Positions 28,028 to 37,888 of a DNA stretch of 64,000 bases are shown piece after piece. Below the pieces are notes generated by a model. It worked only from the letters and a program-made list of their open reading frames with translations. It was not told the origin of the DNA and made no database searches. The position numbers were made by a program, and so were the translations under genes. The first letter of the stretch is position 1. Each line of letters begins with the position of its first letter. The stretch spans positions 7,124 to 71,123 of the forward strand of contig CALRFT010000002.1 of NCBI GenBank assembly GCA_943356745.1, written 5' to 3'. The DNA is from Parcubacteria group bacterium. Its GTDB lineage: Bacteria > Patescibacteriota > Minisyncoccia > Phycocordibacterales > CSBR16-119.

Positions 28028-28375
28028 ATGAAACAAGTACATTTAAGATTACTACCTTTTTTCAACAAAAGAAAAACAAGAATCAGAAGAACCAAAGGAT
28101 TTACAGTTATTGAGAAACAAAAGCCTCTTGAAATTACAGTGATTGAAAGAATTTCAGGATCGGCGCGTGGAATTATTGAATCTTTTCAAAAAAGACACGA
28201 GGTTTATTTTGTGGTAACTTGGAAAAAAACAAAAGGTTCTCAAGTTTTGAAATATACTCACATGACAAATGAGTCTACGGTACACCGAGCTCATTTTGTC
28301 TCAATTCACCTTGAGCAAGAATTTCAAATCTTTTCCAGAATTAAAAGTATTAAAAAAGTCACTCTTAAAGAGTGA
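28028..28375 (+). CDS. Hypothetical basic protein
   Basis: 115-aa ORF with TTGACT/TACAAT promoter upstream. Confidence 0.55.
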   Translation: MKQVHLRLLPFFNKRKTRIRRTKGFTVIEKQKPLEITVIERISGSARGIIESFQKRHEVYFVVTWKKTKGSQVLKYTHMTNESTVHRAHFVSIHLEQEFQIFSRIKSIKKVTLKE

Positions 28376-28379
28376 CTTT

Positions 28380-30182
28380 TTAATTTTTCATCATTTTCAA
28401 GAAAACATCATGTGGAATATTTACCTTACTTTTTCCAAGAGATTCCATTTTCTTCTTTCCCTTCTTTTGTTTTTCTCGAAGTTTCATTTTTCGAGTAATA
28501 TCTCCTCCGTACATATGTTGAGTAACATCTTTTCGAAACGCCTTTACTGTTTCTGAAGAGATGATTCGCCCAGACGCTTTTGCTTGAATTTTCATAACAA
28601 ACTGCTGGCGAGGCATCACGGCGTGAAGTTTTTCGACAGCCTTTTTTGATTCTTCTTCAACACGTCGTCTTGAAACAACCCGAGTAAAAGCCACCACAGG
28701 TTCATCAGCAACTAGAATATCGAGACGGACAACATCTGCTTCTCGATATTCACCAATTTCATAAGAGATTGAAGCATATCCAGAAGAGACACTTTTCAAG
28801 GTATCAAAAAATCCTCGCATAAGTTCTCGGAGAGGCATGAGGGCGTCAATTTCCGCTCTATCATCTCCAAAACTTTCAGTTCTGTTAGTTTCAGCCTCGT
28901 GTTCATAGAGTAATTGTGCGATTGGACCAAGATATTCTCGTGGTGTAATGATTCGAACAGAAACCCATGGTTCTTCAATCTTGCTCGCTAGCCCATCATT
29001 TGGAAATACATGTGGAGAATATATTGTTTCTGTTTCTCCTGATTGTTTGTAAGTAACTACATAGGTAATACTTGGACTTGTTACCACAAGATTCAAATCA
29101 AACTCACGATACAAACGTTCTGTAACAATCTCTAAGTGTAACATTCCGAGGAAACCACATCGAAACCCTCGCCCAAGCGCCCCTGAACTTTCTTCTTCAT
29201 ACGTAAATGAAGAATCGGTGAGTTTAAGTTTTCCAAGAGAGGCTTTGAGTTCATCAAAATCATCTTGGCTTTCTGGATAAATTGAAGCCCATACCACAGG
29301 TCGTGGTTCTTCATACCCAGACAGTGCATCAAGCTGATCCTTAAAAAGAGTAATCGTATCTCCCACACGAGCGATTCCTGGTTTTTTAACTCCAGTTACA
29401 ATATATCCGATCTCACCAGCTCGAAGTTCATCTTTTGGTTTTCGATCAGGTGAAAAAATACCAATTTCTGTTGTGATGAATTTTTCTCCAGCAATCTTAA
29501 ATATGAGTTGATCATTTTTCTTTACTGATCCATCAAATACTCGAACATAGACAATCACACCTTGGTGATTTGAATATTCAAAATCGAACACAAGTCCTCT
29601 AAAACTTTTTGAATCAATAACCATTTCTTGCGGAGCAGGAACTCGTTTGATAACTTCTTGTAAAAGAAGATCAACACCCTGACCTGTTTTTCCAGAAACC
29701 TCAAGAACGTCTTCAAGTTCACAATTCAAAAGCGCTGCGAGTTCAAGTTTTGTATCATCAACACGAGAAAGTGGTGAGTCAACTTTTGTGAGAACTGGAA
29801 TAATAGTAAGCCCAAATTTTTGTGCCATTGCAAGTGTGGTAAAAGTCTGAGCTTGAACACCCTGTGTTGAGTCAACAAGAAGAAGAGAGCCTTCGACAGC
29901 TTTCAGGGCTCGAGAAACTTCATATGAAAAGTCGATATGCCCTGGAGTATCAATAAGATTCAAAATATAATTTTGTCCCGCAAAATCATAACTCATTCGA
30001 ACAGGCTGCATTTTAATAGTGATCCCCCGTTCTTGTTCAAGTTCCATTTTGTCGAGCACCTGATCACGCATAAGACGCTCATCGATAGTATGAGTAATTT
30101 CAAGCATTCGATCCGAAAGGGTTGATTTCCCGTGATCGATGTGTGCTATAACAGAAAAATTTCGAATATTAGAAAGATTCAT
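28380..30182 (-). CDS. lepA: Elongation factor 4 LepA
   Basis: AHIDHGKSTL, DTPGH, GFRCGFLGMLH, YGGDITRK. Confidence 0.98.
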   Translation of the reverse strand: MNLSNIRNFSVIAHIDHGKSTLSDRMLEITHTIDERLMRDQVLDKMELEQERGITIKMQPVRMSYDFAGQNYILNLIDTPGHIDFSYEVSRALKAVEGSLLLVDSTQGVQAQTFTTLAMAQKFGLTIIPVLTKVDSPLSRVDDTKLELAALLNCELEDVLEVSGKTGQGVDLLLQEVIKRVPAPQEMVIDSKSFRGLVFDFEYSNHQGVIVYVRVFDGSVKKNDQLIFKIAGEKFITTEIGIFSPDRKPKDELRAGEIGYIVTGVKKPGIARVGDTITLFKDQLDALSGYEEPRPVVWASIYPESQDDFDELKASLGKLKLTDSSFTYEEESSGALGRGFRCGFLGMLHLEIVTERLYREFDLNLVVTSPSITYVVTYKQSGETETIYSPHVFPNDGLASKIEEPWVSVRIITPREYLGPIAQLLYEHEAETNRTESFGDDRAEIDALMPLRELMRGFFDTLKSVSSGYASISYEIGEYREADVVRLDILVADEPVVAFTRVVSRRRVEEESKKAVEKLHAVMPRQQFVMKIQAKASGRIISSETVKAFRKDVTQHMYGGDITRKMKLREKQKKGKKKMESLGKSKVNIPHDVFLKMMKN

Positions 30183-30260
30183 AAGATGGAGAAACTATAC
30201 CAGAAAAACCGAGGAAAATCTAGAGAAAAAGAGCGAAGCCGGAGGCTTCGCTCTTTTTCT

Positions 30261-31943
30261 CTATCCAATATCCTCATGAGTCACAGATATGGTCTTTACA
30301 CCCTTAAATTTGCGCTGAATGGCATTTTTAAGTGAAATATACTCCTCATTATCAAGAAGATGGAAAATCCATATACCGATAACCATAGCAAACAATCCCG
30401 CAAAAAGACCTTGGAAAAATATTCCAGAAAAAGTAGAAAGTGACAACAATCCATCAAGTATATGAAGTCCCACGTAAGCAGCAAGTCCCATTACAAGTGA
30501 ACCAATAAGTGAATCACCTAGAGTTTTACCTAATCCAAATTCTTGTTTTTTAACATGAAGTCTTTGGAAAACTTTCATCAAAACAAGTGCATTGAAAATT
30601 GATCCCAAAGAATATACAAAAGCAAGTGTAATCACTTGCGCTCCAAAGATTCCAGAAACACCCATGATATCACTCAATATTGCTTGTATGAATACAAAAT
30701 ATTTTGTTTGAATAAGCAACAAAGAAACCCCAACAATAATAACCGAAGAAATGATATTTATAAGGGTCGGCCTTCTTGTGTCACCGGTTGCATAAAACGA
30801 CCGAGTGAAAAGCAAAATTAAACTCTGTGCTGTTACTGAGATAACAAATAAAGCAAGAGTCGCTGCAGCAAGTCTTGTATCATTCCAAGAAAATTGTTGA
30901 GAACCCAAAATAATACGAACTATCTGAGCTCGAAGAACAATAAACAAAATAGTAATTGGAATTGACCAAAAAATAATTTGTTTTGCCGCGCTTGCAACCG
31001 TTGCAAGAAATTCTTTTGTTTTTCCATTAGTAAAATCTTTTGCGAGCGCAGGAAAAGCAGCAACTGAAAAAGAAGCTCCTACGAGAGCGAGTGGAATGTT
31101 TTGAAGATTCATCGACAGTCTAAAAATCGAAGCCGAACCTTCCCCGAGAGTTGTTGCGATTGAAATAAGCACCAGAAGTACCAGATTATGAGAAACCAAA
31201 CCAAGCGTTCGTGGAAGTGAAATCAAAATAAGTTCTTTAATTGAAGCCCAATCTACAATCTTTGCAAAACGTGGAAGCATATTATCTTTTATAAGTGCTG
31301 GTACTTGTATGAAAGCATGCATGATTGAACCAAGAACAACTCCATATGCAAGTCCTCGTATTCCAAATGATTCATAAAAAAATACAATTCCAAAAATAAT
31401 TCCGAGATTATACAAAAGTGGACTGAGAGCAAAAAGCATAAATCTTTTTGACATTTGAGTAATCGAACCGAAAATATTTGAAAGACCAAGAAATATTGGA
31501 GAAATGAGTATTATCCTTGAAACATGAATAAGCTCTTGAATTTGAAGAGGAGAAAATCCTGGAGCAACCTTATCAGCAATGTGTGGGATAAGGAAAAATC
31601 CTGCAATACACACCACAATAATTAAACCGAAGAAACCTGTAAAAACTTGGTTAAAAAATTTTTGAGCCGCCTCACTTCCCTTTTGTTCCGTGATTTTCAA
31701 AATCATAGGAAGAACCACCATGACAGAAATGAGAGTGGCAACAAGATTGAAAATAAAATCAGGAACTTGAAAAGCAGTGTAATAAATATCTAGCTGTTCT
31801 CCGACACCAACCTCTGAAGTAAGAAGTCTATCTCGAACAAGTCCAAGAAGTTGAGATATGAGTGTAAATACACCAAGAAGAAGCGCAGCTTGATTAACCG
31901 CGCCTACTTCTTTATTGAAAAATTGTAATACTTTTGATACCAC
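30261..31943 (-). CDS. murJ: Lipid II flippase MurJ
   Basis: SQLLGLVRD, AFQVPD, RSFYATGDTRRP, multi-TM. Confidence 0.9.
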   Translation of the reverse strand: MVSKVLQFFNKEVGAVNQAALLLGVFTLISQLLGLVRDRLLTSEVGVGEQLDIYYTAFQVPDFIFNLVATLISVMVVLPMILKITEQKGSEAAQKFFNQVFTGFFGLIIVVCIAGFFLIPHIADKVAPGFSPLQIQELIHVSRIILISPIFLGLSNIFGSITQMSKRFMLFALSPLLYNLGIIFGIVFFYESFGIRGLAYGVVLGSIMHAFIQVPALIKDNMLPRFAKIVDWASIKELILISLPRTLGLVSHNLVLLVLISIATTLGEGSASIFRLSMNLQNIPLALVGASFSVAAFPALAKDFTNGKTKEFLATVASAAKQIIFWSIPITILFIVLRAQIVRIILGSQQFSWNDTRLAAATLALFVISVTAQSLILLFTRSFYATGDTRRPTLINIISSVIIVGVSLLLIQTKYFVFIQAILSDIMGVSGIFGAQVITLAFVYSLGSIFNALVLMKVFQRLHVKKQEFGLGKTLGDSLIGSLVMGLAAYVGLHILDGLLSLSTFSGIFFQGLFAGLFAMVIGIWIFHLLDNEEYISLKNAIQRKFKGVKTISVTHEDIG

Positions 31944-31944
31944 G

Positions 31945-34875
31945 TTACAAAACGATACTTATGAGTTTATTTGGAACAAAGATAATTTTCTTTGGCTCAC
32001 CGGTTATATGTCTTGCGATTGATCCGTTTTCTTGTACCTTCTGCCAAACATCATCCTGAGATGCACCAAACGAAACTGTGAGACTTCCTTTTATTTTACC
32101 ATTAATTTGAACAGCGATATTCACTTCATCTTGGGTCATTTTTGATTCATCAAATTCAGGCCAAACACTCTTGTGAATTGACGATTGTTGCCCAATAAAA
32201 TCATTCCAAAGCTCTTCTGTAATATGTGGTGCGAAAGGCGCAAGAATTTTTACAAAATCAACAAAAGACTGCTCTGTCATTCCACCTTCTTTTTCCACTA
32301 AGTTTACAAAAGTCATCATAGCAGCAACGGCGGTATTAAACTTAAATGCTGGGATATCTAAAGTTACTTTTTTGATAAGTTTATGAAGTTCTCGAGTTAG
32401 GATTTCTTTTTCTTCATCTACAAGATTTTCTGAAATACGAACAACTCGTTCCACAAAACGCCGTGTCCCAACAAGACCATCTGTGTTCCATGCAATAGCA
32501 TCATCAAATGGACCCATAAATGCTTCGTACAAACGAAATGCATCTGCACCAAAACGTTCCACCATATCATCAGGATTGATAACATTTCCCCATCGTTTTG
32601 ACATTTTTCGTCCATCTTCTGCCAAGATAAGTCCTGGCGCATGAAGTTCAGCAAATGGTTCTTCTGTATTCACTACTCCAATATCAAACAAAAACTTATG
32701 CCAAAATCGCGCATAAATAAGATGCCGAGTTGCATGCTCCATTCCACCCACATACACATCTACTGGTTGCCAGTATTGTTCAAGATTTCTATCTACCAAC
32801 ACTTCAGAATTGTTTGGATCAATATATCGCAAGTAATACCAACATGACCCTGCCCACTGTGGCATGGTATTTGTTTCTCGTCGTCCTTCAATAATTTCTT
32901 CACCATTTGGTGATTTTCCTGCCACAACAAACTCTCCCAGAGAGTTGATATATCCTCGGACATTCACCCACTCTGAAATATCAGCGAGTGGAGATTCTCC
33001 ACTATCACTTGGTTCATAGTTTTCTACTTCTGGAAGTTTGAGTGGAAGATCACTTTCTGGAATTGAATATACTTTTCCTCCAGCGTGAACAAGCGGGATC
33101 GGTTCTCCCCAATATCTCTGACGAGAAAATACCCAGTCACGAAGTTTGTAGGTTGTTTTCATCTTTCCTCCAACAAATTCTGTGATTTTTGCTTTTGCTT
33201 CTTCGGAAGTAAGTCCTTTAAAATTCTGAGAATCGATTAAAACACCACTTTCAACAAAAGGCTTTTTATCATTTTTAATTCTATCAAGCCAAAAAGGTAG
33301 TTCTACGTTTGTAATATTTTCTGGAATGAATTGCTTTGAATCCATCCAGACAATATCAAACAAATCTTTTTCAGATGAAGAAACTTCTTCTTGTTCATCA
33401 TTAATTAATTCGAAATAAAGTCCATGAGAGTAGGCAATACGGTTTTGTTGTTTATGATCTGCTGAATATAATGACTGGATTGGACTTCCAAGATATTTTT
33501 TAAATTCAATATTTTTATATCCTGTTTCCTCAAGAACTTCTCTTTTCGCAGCAGCTATTAAGTCTTCACCTTCATCTATTCCACCAAGTACTATTGTTTT
33601 CCAGTTGTGATTTTTCCAAGCAAGAGTGAGATATGAATCATTTTTAGGATTATACACAACTGCATGTATATTATTACGTTCAACAACAGGCCAATTTTCT
33701 TTATGAGAATTTTTGTGATCTATTATTGAAGGAATTACCACATCTCGTATCTCAAGATTATATTTCTTCGCAAACTCAAAATCTCGTTCATCATGAGCTG
33801 GCACCGCCATCACAGCACCTGTTCCGTAATCGGCCAAAACATAGTCTGCGATCCAAACTGGAACCTCTTCATTGTTTGCTGGATTTACTGCAAAAACACC
33901 CTGAAGCTCTACTCCAGTTTTTTCTCCTTTTTGTCTGTCGAGTGGAGATTTCTTTTTTGTTTCTTCGATATAATTCTTAACCTCGTCCCAGTTTTGAATT
34001 GAATCTTTCAAATCAAAAACAAGCTTACTTTCTGGAGCAAGTACAACATATGTCACACCAAAAAGTGTATCAGGTCGTGTGGTAAATACAGAAATAAAAT
34101 ATGGAGACGAATGGTCTTTTGAAAACGGTTGGGCTTGGGTCTGGGTTTTCAAAAGACTATTCGTTGTAATCTGAAAAGTTATTTCCGCACCTTCTGACTT
34201 TCCAATCCAGTTTCTTTGACTCATTTTTACAGAGTCAGGCCACTTATCGAGTTTGTCCAAATCAGCAAGCATTCGCTCTGCATAGTCAGTAATACGAATA
34301 ACCCACTGACGAAGCGGTTTCTTTTCTACCTCACTTCCACATCGTTCACACTTTCCATCTTCCAAATCTTCATTTGCAAGACCAGTTTTACATGACGGAC
34401 ACCAATTGATTGGTTCATGTGATTCAAATGCGAGACCTTTTTTGAACATTTGCAAAAATGCCCACTGTGTCCATTTGTAATATGCAGGGTCAGTTGTTTT
34501 TAATTCTCGTGACCAGTCATAGTCAAGACCAATAATTGAAAGTTGTTCTTTAAATGTTGCGACATTTTGATCTACTGCAATACTTGGGTGCATTTTGTTT
34601 TTAATTGCAAACTGCTCTGCTGGAAGTCCAAAAGCATCCCATCCCATTGGATGAAGCACATTGAAACCTTGCATTCGATACATTCGAGAAAGAATATCTG
34701 TCGCAATATATCCTTTTGGATGACCAACATGAAGCCCAGCTCCTGATGGATATGGAAACATATCCAAAATGTATTTTTTAGGAAGAGAAGAAGAAGAGTT
34801 TGCCTTATACACCCCTTGTTCGTTCCAAAAATCCTGCCATTTCTTTTCGATGGCTTTATGGTCATACTTTTTCAT
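31945..34875 (-). CDS. leuS: Leucine--tRNA ligase with inserted NUDIX domain
   Basis: MFPYPSGAGLHVGH, TTRPDT, SRQRYWG, KMSKR; internal Nudix box. Confidence 0.97.
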   Translation of the reverse strand: MKKYDHKAIEKKWQDFWNEQGVYKANSSSSLPKKYILDMFPYPSGAGLHVGHPKGYIATDILSRMYRMQGFNVLHPMGWDAFGLPAEQFAIKNKMHPSIAVDQNVATFKEQLSIIGLDYDWSRELKTTDPAYYKWTQWAFLQMFKKGLAFESHEPINWCPSCKTGLANEDLEDGKCERCGSEVEKKPLRQWVIRITDYAERMLADLDKLDKWPDSVKMSQRNWIGKSEGAEITFQITTNSLLKTQTQAQPFSKDHSSPYFISVFTTRPDTLFGVTYVVLAPESKLVFDLKDSIQNWDEVKNYIEETKKKSPLDRQKGEKTGVELQGVFAVNPANNEEVPVWIADYVLADYGTGAVMAVPAHDERDFEFAKKYNLEIRDVVIPSIIDHKNSHKENWPVVERNNIHAVVYNPKNDSYLTLAWKNHNWKTIVLGGIDEGEDLIAAAKREVLEETGYKNIEFKKYLGSPIQSLYSADHKQQNRIAYSHGLYFELINDEQEEVSSSEKDLFDIVWMDSKQFIPENITNVELPFWLDRIKNDKKPFVESGVLIDSQNFKGLTSEEAKAKITEFVGGKMKTTYKLRDWVFSRQRYWGEPIPLVHAGGKVYSIPESDLPLKLPEVENYEPSDSGESPLADISEWVNVRGYINSLGEFVVAGKSPNGEEIIEGRRETNTMPQWAGSCWYYLRYIDPNNSEVLVDRNLEQYWQPVDVYVGGMEHATRHLIYARFWHKFLFDIGVVNTEEPFAELHAPGLILAEDGRKMSKRWGNVINPDDMVERFGADAFRLYEAFMGPFDDAIAWNTDGLVGTRRFVERVVRISENLVDEEKEILTRELHKLIKKVTLDIPAFKFNTAVAAMMTFVNLVEKEGGMTEQSFVDFVKILAPFAPHITEELWNDFIGQQSSIHKSVWPEFDESKMTQDEVNIAVQINGKIKGSLTVSFGASQDDVWQKVQENGSIARHITGEPKKIIFVPNKLISIVL

Positions 34876-34948
34876 ATGTTATCAATATTACCGCAAAATG
34901 ACCTTAAAATCAAAAATAAAAACCCCCTTTCGGGGTTTTTATGAAAAA

Positions 34949-36790
34949 CTAGTTTACAGTATTAGTTTCTGTAGTTTCTTCTTCTTTTACAAACATTTCT
35001 GTTGAGTATGTTCGTCCTGTATCTTCAAGAACTTGTGACGCTTCTCGACAATCAAGAAGTTCATTTGCCCAAGCTCTTGTTGTTTTGTACCATCGTCCCG
35101 TAGTGTCTTCTGAAAGTTCAGGTGTCCATGGTTTGATAGTTTGTTCCCAATATTTTTGTTGGAATGCATGTACCGCTTTCTCTGTTGCTGGACCATATAC
35201 TCCATCAACAACAAGTCCTGCTTGCATATGATCATTCAAAAATTGTTGAATCATTTTCACATCTCCACCAATGTCTCCTCGTTTGTGGAATTGTGTAAAT
35301 GCTGGACAAGTTGCGTCATCTGAAGCACCAAGTACTTCACCTGATGAAAATGCTCCAAGTACAGATCCTCGAGAAGAAGCAAAACTTCCTGTAGTTGATG
35401 TAGATTGATTATTTTCATCAGAAGGATTTTCTTCTTCTCCATCAATTGGATCTTCATCTCCTGGATTTTCTTCTTCTCCATCTCCCTCTTCGTCATCTCC
35501 ACCATCATCAACAATAACATCTCCGCATGTTACAGAAACATTATCTAGAAACATTCCGTAAGTATTTTCAACTCCAGTATATTCAAATTGAATATATGTA
35601 TATTCATATTGTGCAATGAATGAATACTCATGATGTACCCATTCATTTGTTCCTACGATTGAGTGAGTTTGGGTTGTTTCTTTTCCTTGTTGAATTGAAA
35701 AATCAAGAGAGTTTTCTGATTCATTTGTATCTGGTCTTGCGTGTGTATAGAAAGAGACTGTATATTCTTTTCCTTCAATGGTTTCAATTGATTGACCAAT
35801 TGCAACCCCTGCAGGTTCCCCGTTTCCAAATCCCCAATCAGTGTCGAGCTCAACATATTGATTTCCATCTTGAGCTGTTACTGAAAGATTTGATTGAATT
35901 TCAAGCAAAGCTTCTTCTGGTTGACCTTCGTAGTCTCCAGTCCAAGCAATGTCCCATCCTGTTTCTTCTGAAGAAAAGAGTGACCATTCACTTTCAAGAA
36001 TTGGATTTTCAAAACTTCCATTTTCTATCAGATTTCCCACTGGACAGAATTGTGGTTCTTCAATAACAATTTTTTCTTCCACGTTAAAACCAACGCAGTA
36101 ATATGTTGAATCAGCTTGTGGGTTGTTAATCCAATCCCAGTTATCGTAATTCAAAACATCATTATGGCAGTAAAATTCTGCAGAAATTGAATCCTCATTA
36201 TTTCCATTTGCAGTATAGGTAAATGCAAGATCTCCTTCTTCAAGAACTTGTCGCATTTCAATTCGATTTGATGATTCAAGATCATTAAGGTCTACAGTGA
36301 ATTCAACTCGTCCATTTGTATCTGTTGGATCAGTTGTAAACCACCCTAGAGCTTCTCCGAGAAATGTATCCCCAGGAAAAGAAACGAGGTCATCTCCCCA
36401 TTGGAAAAGTCGCCCTGATTTAAATCGACATTCTTCTCCAGACTCAAGAACAAAATCTTGAGCGGTTGTACTTGTAATATCAAAATATCCATTTCCCCAA
36501 TTTGGTAATAGATTTTCTGAATCACAAACAATCATATCTGCAACAATTGTAACAATTCTAGAATCTTCAATGATTTCTACGGCAACAAGAGATTCTTCTG
36601 TTGCTATTTCCTCCTCAACAAATTCCTTTATTTCAAAATCTTCAGAAACAACTGTTTCTTGCTCAGACTCAGAAATAACAACTTCTTCAGAAACAATAGT
36701 TTCTTGAATAATTTCTTCAGCAGAAACAATAAATGTTCCTCCAAATGAAAACATCACTAAAAAGAGTGATAGAAAAACCTTTTTTATCAT
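34949..36790 (-). CDS. Secreted acidic protein with carbohydrate-binding-like domain and C-terminal peptidoglycan-binding domain
   Basis: Signal peptide, NLIENGSFE...FLDNVSV CBM/DUF642-like region, DVKMIQQFLN...VDGVYGPATEKAVHAFQ. Confidence 0.75.
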   Translation of the reverse strand: MIKKVFLSLFLVMFSFGGTFIVSAEEIIQETIVSEEVVISESEQETVVSEDFEIKEFVEEEIATEESLVAVEIIEDSRIVTIVADMIVCDSENLLPNWGNGYFDITSTTAQDFVLESGEECRFKSGRLFQWGDDLVSFPGDTFLGEALGWFTTDPTDTNGRVEFTVDLNDLESSNRIEMRQVLEEGDLAFTYTANGNNEDSISAEFYCHNDVLNYDNWDWINNPQADSTYYCVGFNVEEKIVIEEPQFCPVGNLIENGSFENPILESEWSLFSSEETGWDIAWTGDYEGQPEEALLEIQSNLSVTAQDGNQYVELDTDWGFGNGEPAGVAIGQSIETIEGKEYTVSFYTHARPDTNESENSLDFSIQQGKETTQTHSIVGTNEWVHHEYSFIAQYEYTYIQFEYTGVENTYGMFLDNVSVTCGDVIVDDGGDDEEGDGEEENPGDEDPIDGEEENPSDENNQSTSTTGSFASSRGSVLGAFSSGEVLGASDDATCPAFTQFHKRGDIGGDVKMIQQFLNDHMQAGLVVDGVYGPATEKAVHAFQQKYWEQTIKPWTPELSEDTTGRWYKTTRAWANELLDCREASQVLEDTGRTYSTEMFVKEEETTETNTVN

Positions 36791-36890
36791 AATTCTGTAA
36801 TACACCACATTACTTATTAAACATATATAAAATAACACACTGACATGAAAAAACAACTGGCGTCAGTTGTTTTTTCGTTGCCTTAACAAA

Positions 36891-37835
36891 TTAAGACTCT
36901 ATGAAAGTTTGAGCTTCTTCTGGTGCTATTTCTGTAGTCATAAAGAATTCTTTCTGAAGAAAAAGAGTTCCAAGAAGTCCGAGAATGACCAAAATAAGGA
37001 GAAGAACTCGTCCAATATGGTGCCTTTTAAACTCTATAATAATTCTAAACAAGATTGCGAGAGATAGTACAGCGACTATTCCAAGAATAGCAATTCTTCC
37101 AACCGAAAGCGGAGAGACCGCCATTCTTTCAATAGTATTTGTTTCTGAGGCAAATGATGTTTGTTCATCTTGGGCTCCAAAAACTTGTGTAGTTGGATTT
37201 GTTTCCGTATCAGGACCAGCAAACACAATTGGGACAGTATTTACATTTGCAGTATTTGCAGTATTTGAAATATTTGGAAGGAGTGAAGCTCGAGGTTTTC
37301 CAAACATTTGAACAACAAAAGTTGCTTTTCTACCTTTGTAAAAACCATCAGATGTTGCAATCCCCACTTCTGTAAATCTCTGATCAAGGATATTTTTTTT
37401 GTGTGTTGGTGAAGCAATCCATGCTTTGTGAACATCAACAGATTCTGTGAAGTTTACTGCGAGATTTTCCCCTGCATAGATGTAATTGTAATTTACATCT
37501 TTAAACCAATACCATGGTGTAAGTCCTTCAGGAGAAGTATGTGCGAAGTAACCTTTTGTAGCCATGTCATTTGCTTTCCTTTGAGCAGCTTCCACTAAAA
37601 CAGGGTTTATCGTAAGTGTAGCAACATTTTGTTCTACTCTATCTTCATTTGCCAAGTCAACCAAAAAAGCAGTTTGTATAGACGCAAGAAGATTTGTATT
37701 TTTAATTACGAAAGTACCAAGATAAGATACAAGAGTAATAATAATTCCAAGAAGTAAGATAAAAAGCATGTTTTTTGTCTTAAAAACATGTGGCTCATAT
37801 TTATTTCCCTTGTGTGGAATAAGGTAATTTTTCAT
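36891..37835 (-). CDS. CAP/SCP domain membrane protein
   Basis: KANDMATKGYFAH, AGENLA, SPTHKKNIL, VQMFG. Confidence 0.9.
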   Translation of the reverse strand: MKNYLIPHKGNKYEPHVFKTKNMLFILLLGIIITLVSYLGTFVIKNTNLLASIQTAFLVDLANEDRVEQNVATLTINPVLVEAAQRKANDMATKGYFAHTSPEGLTPWYWFKDVNYNYIYAGENLAVNFTESVDVHKAWIASPTHKKNILDQRFTEVGIATSDGFYKGRKATFVVQMFGKPRASLLPNISNTANTANVNTVPIVFAGPDTETNPTTQVFGAQDEQTSFASETNTIERMAVSPLSVGRIAILGIVAVLSLAILFRIIIEFKRHHIGRVLLLILVILGLLGTLFLQKEFFMTTEIAPEEAQTFIES

Positions 37836-37888
37836 GTAAAAAATAATACCACAAAAAATAAAACCACTCAAGATGAGTGGTTTTATTT

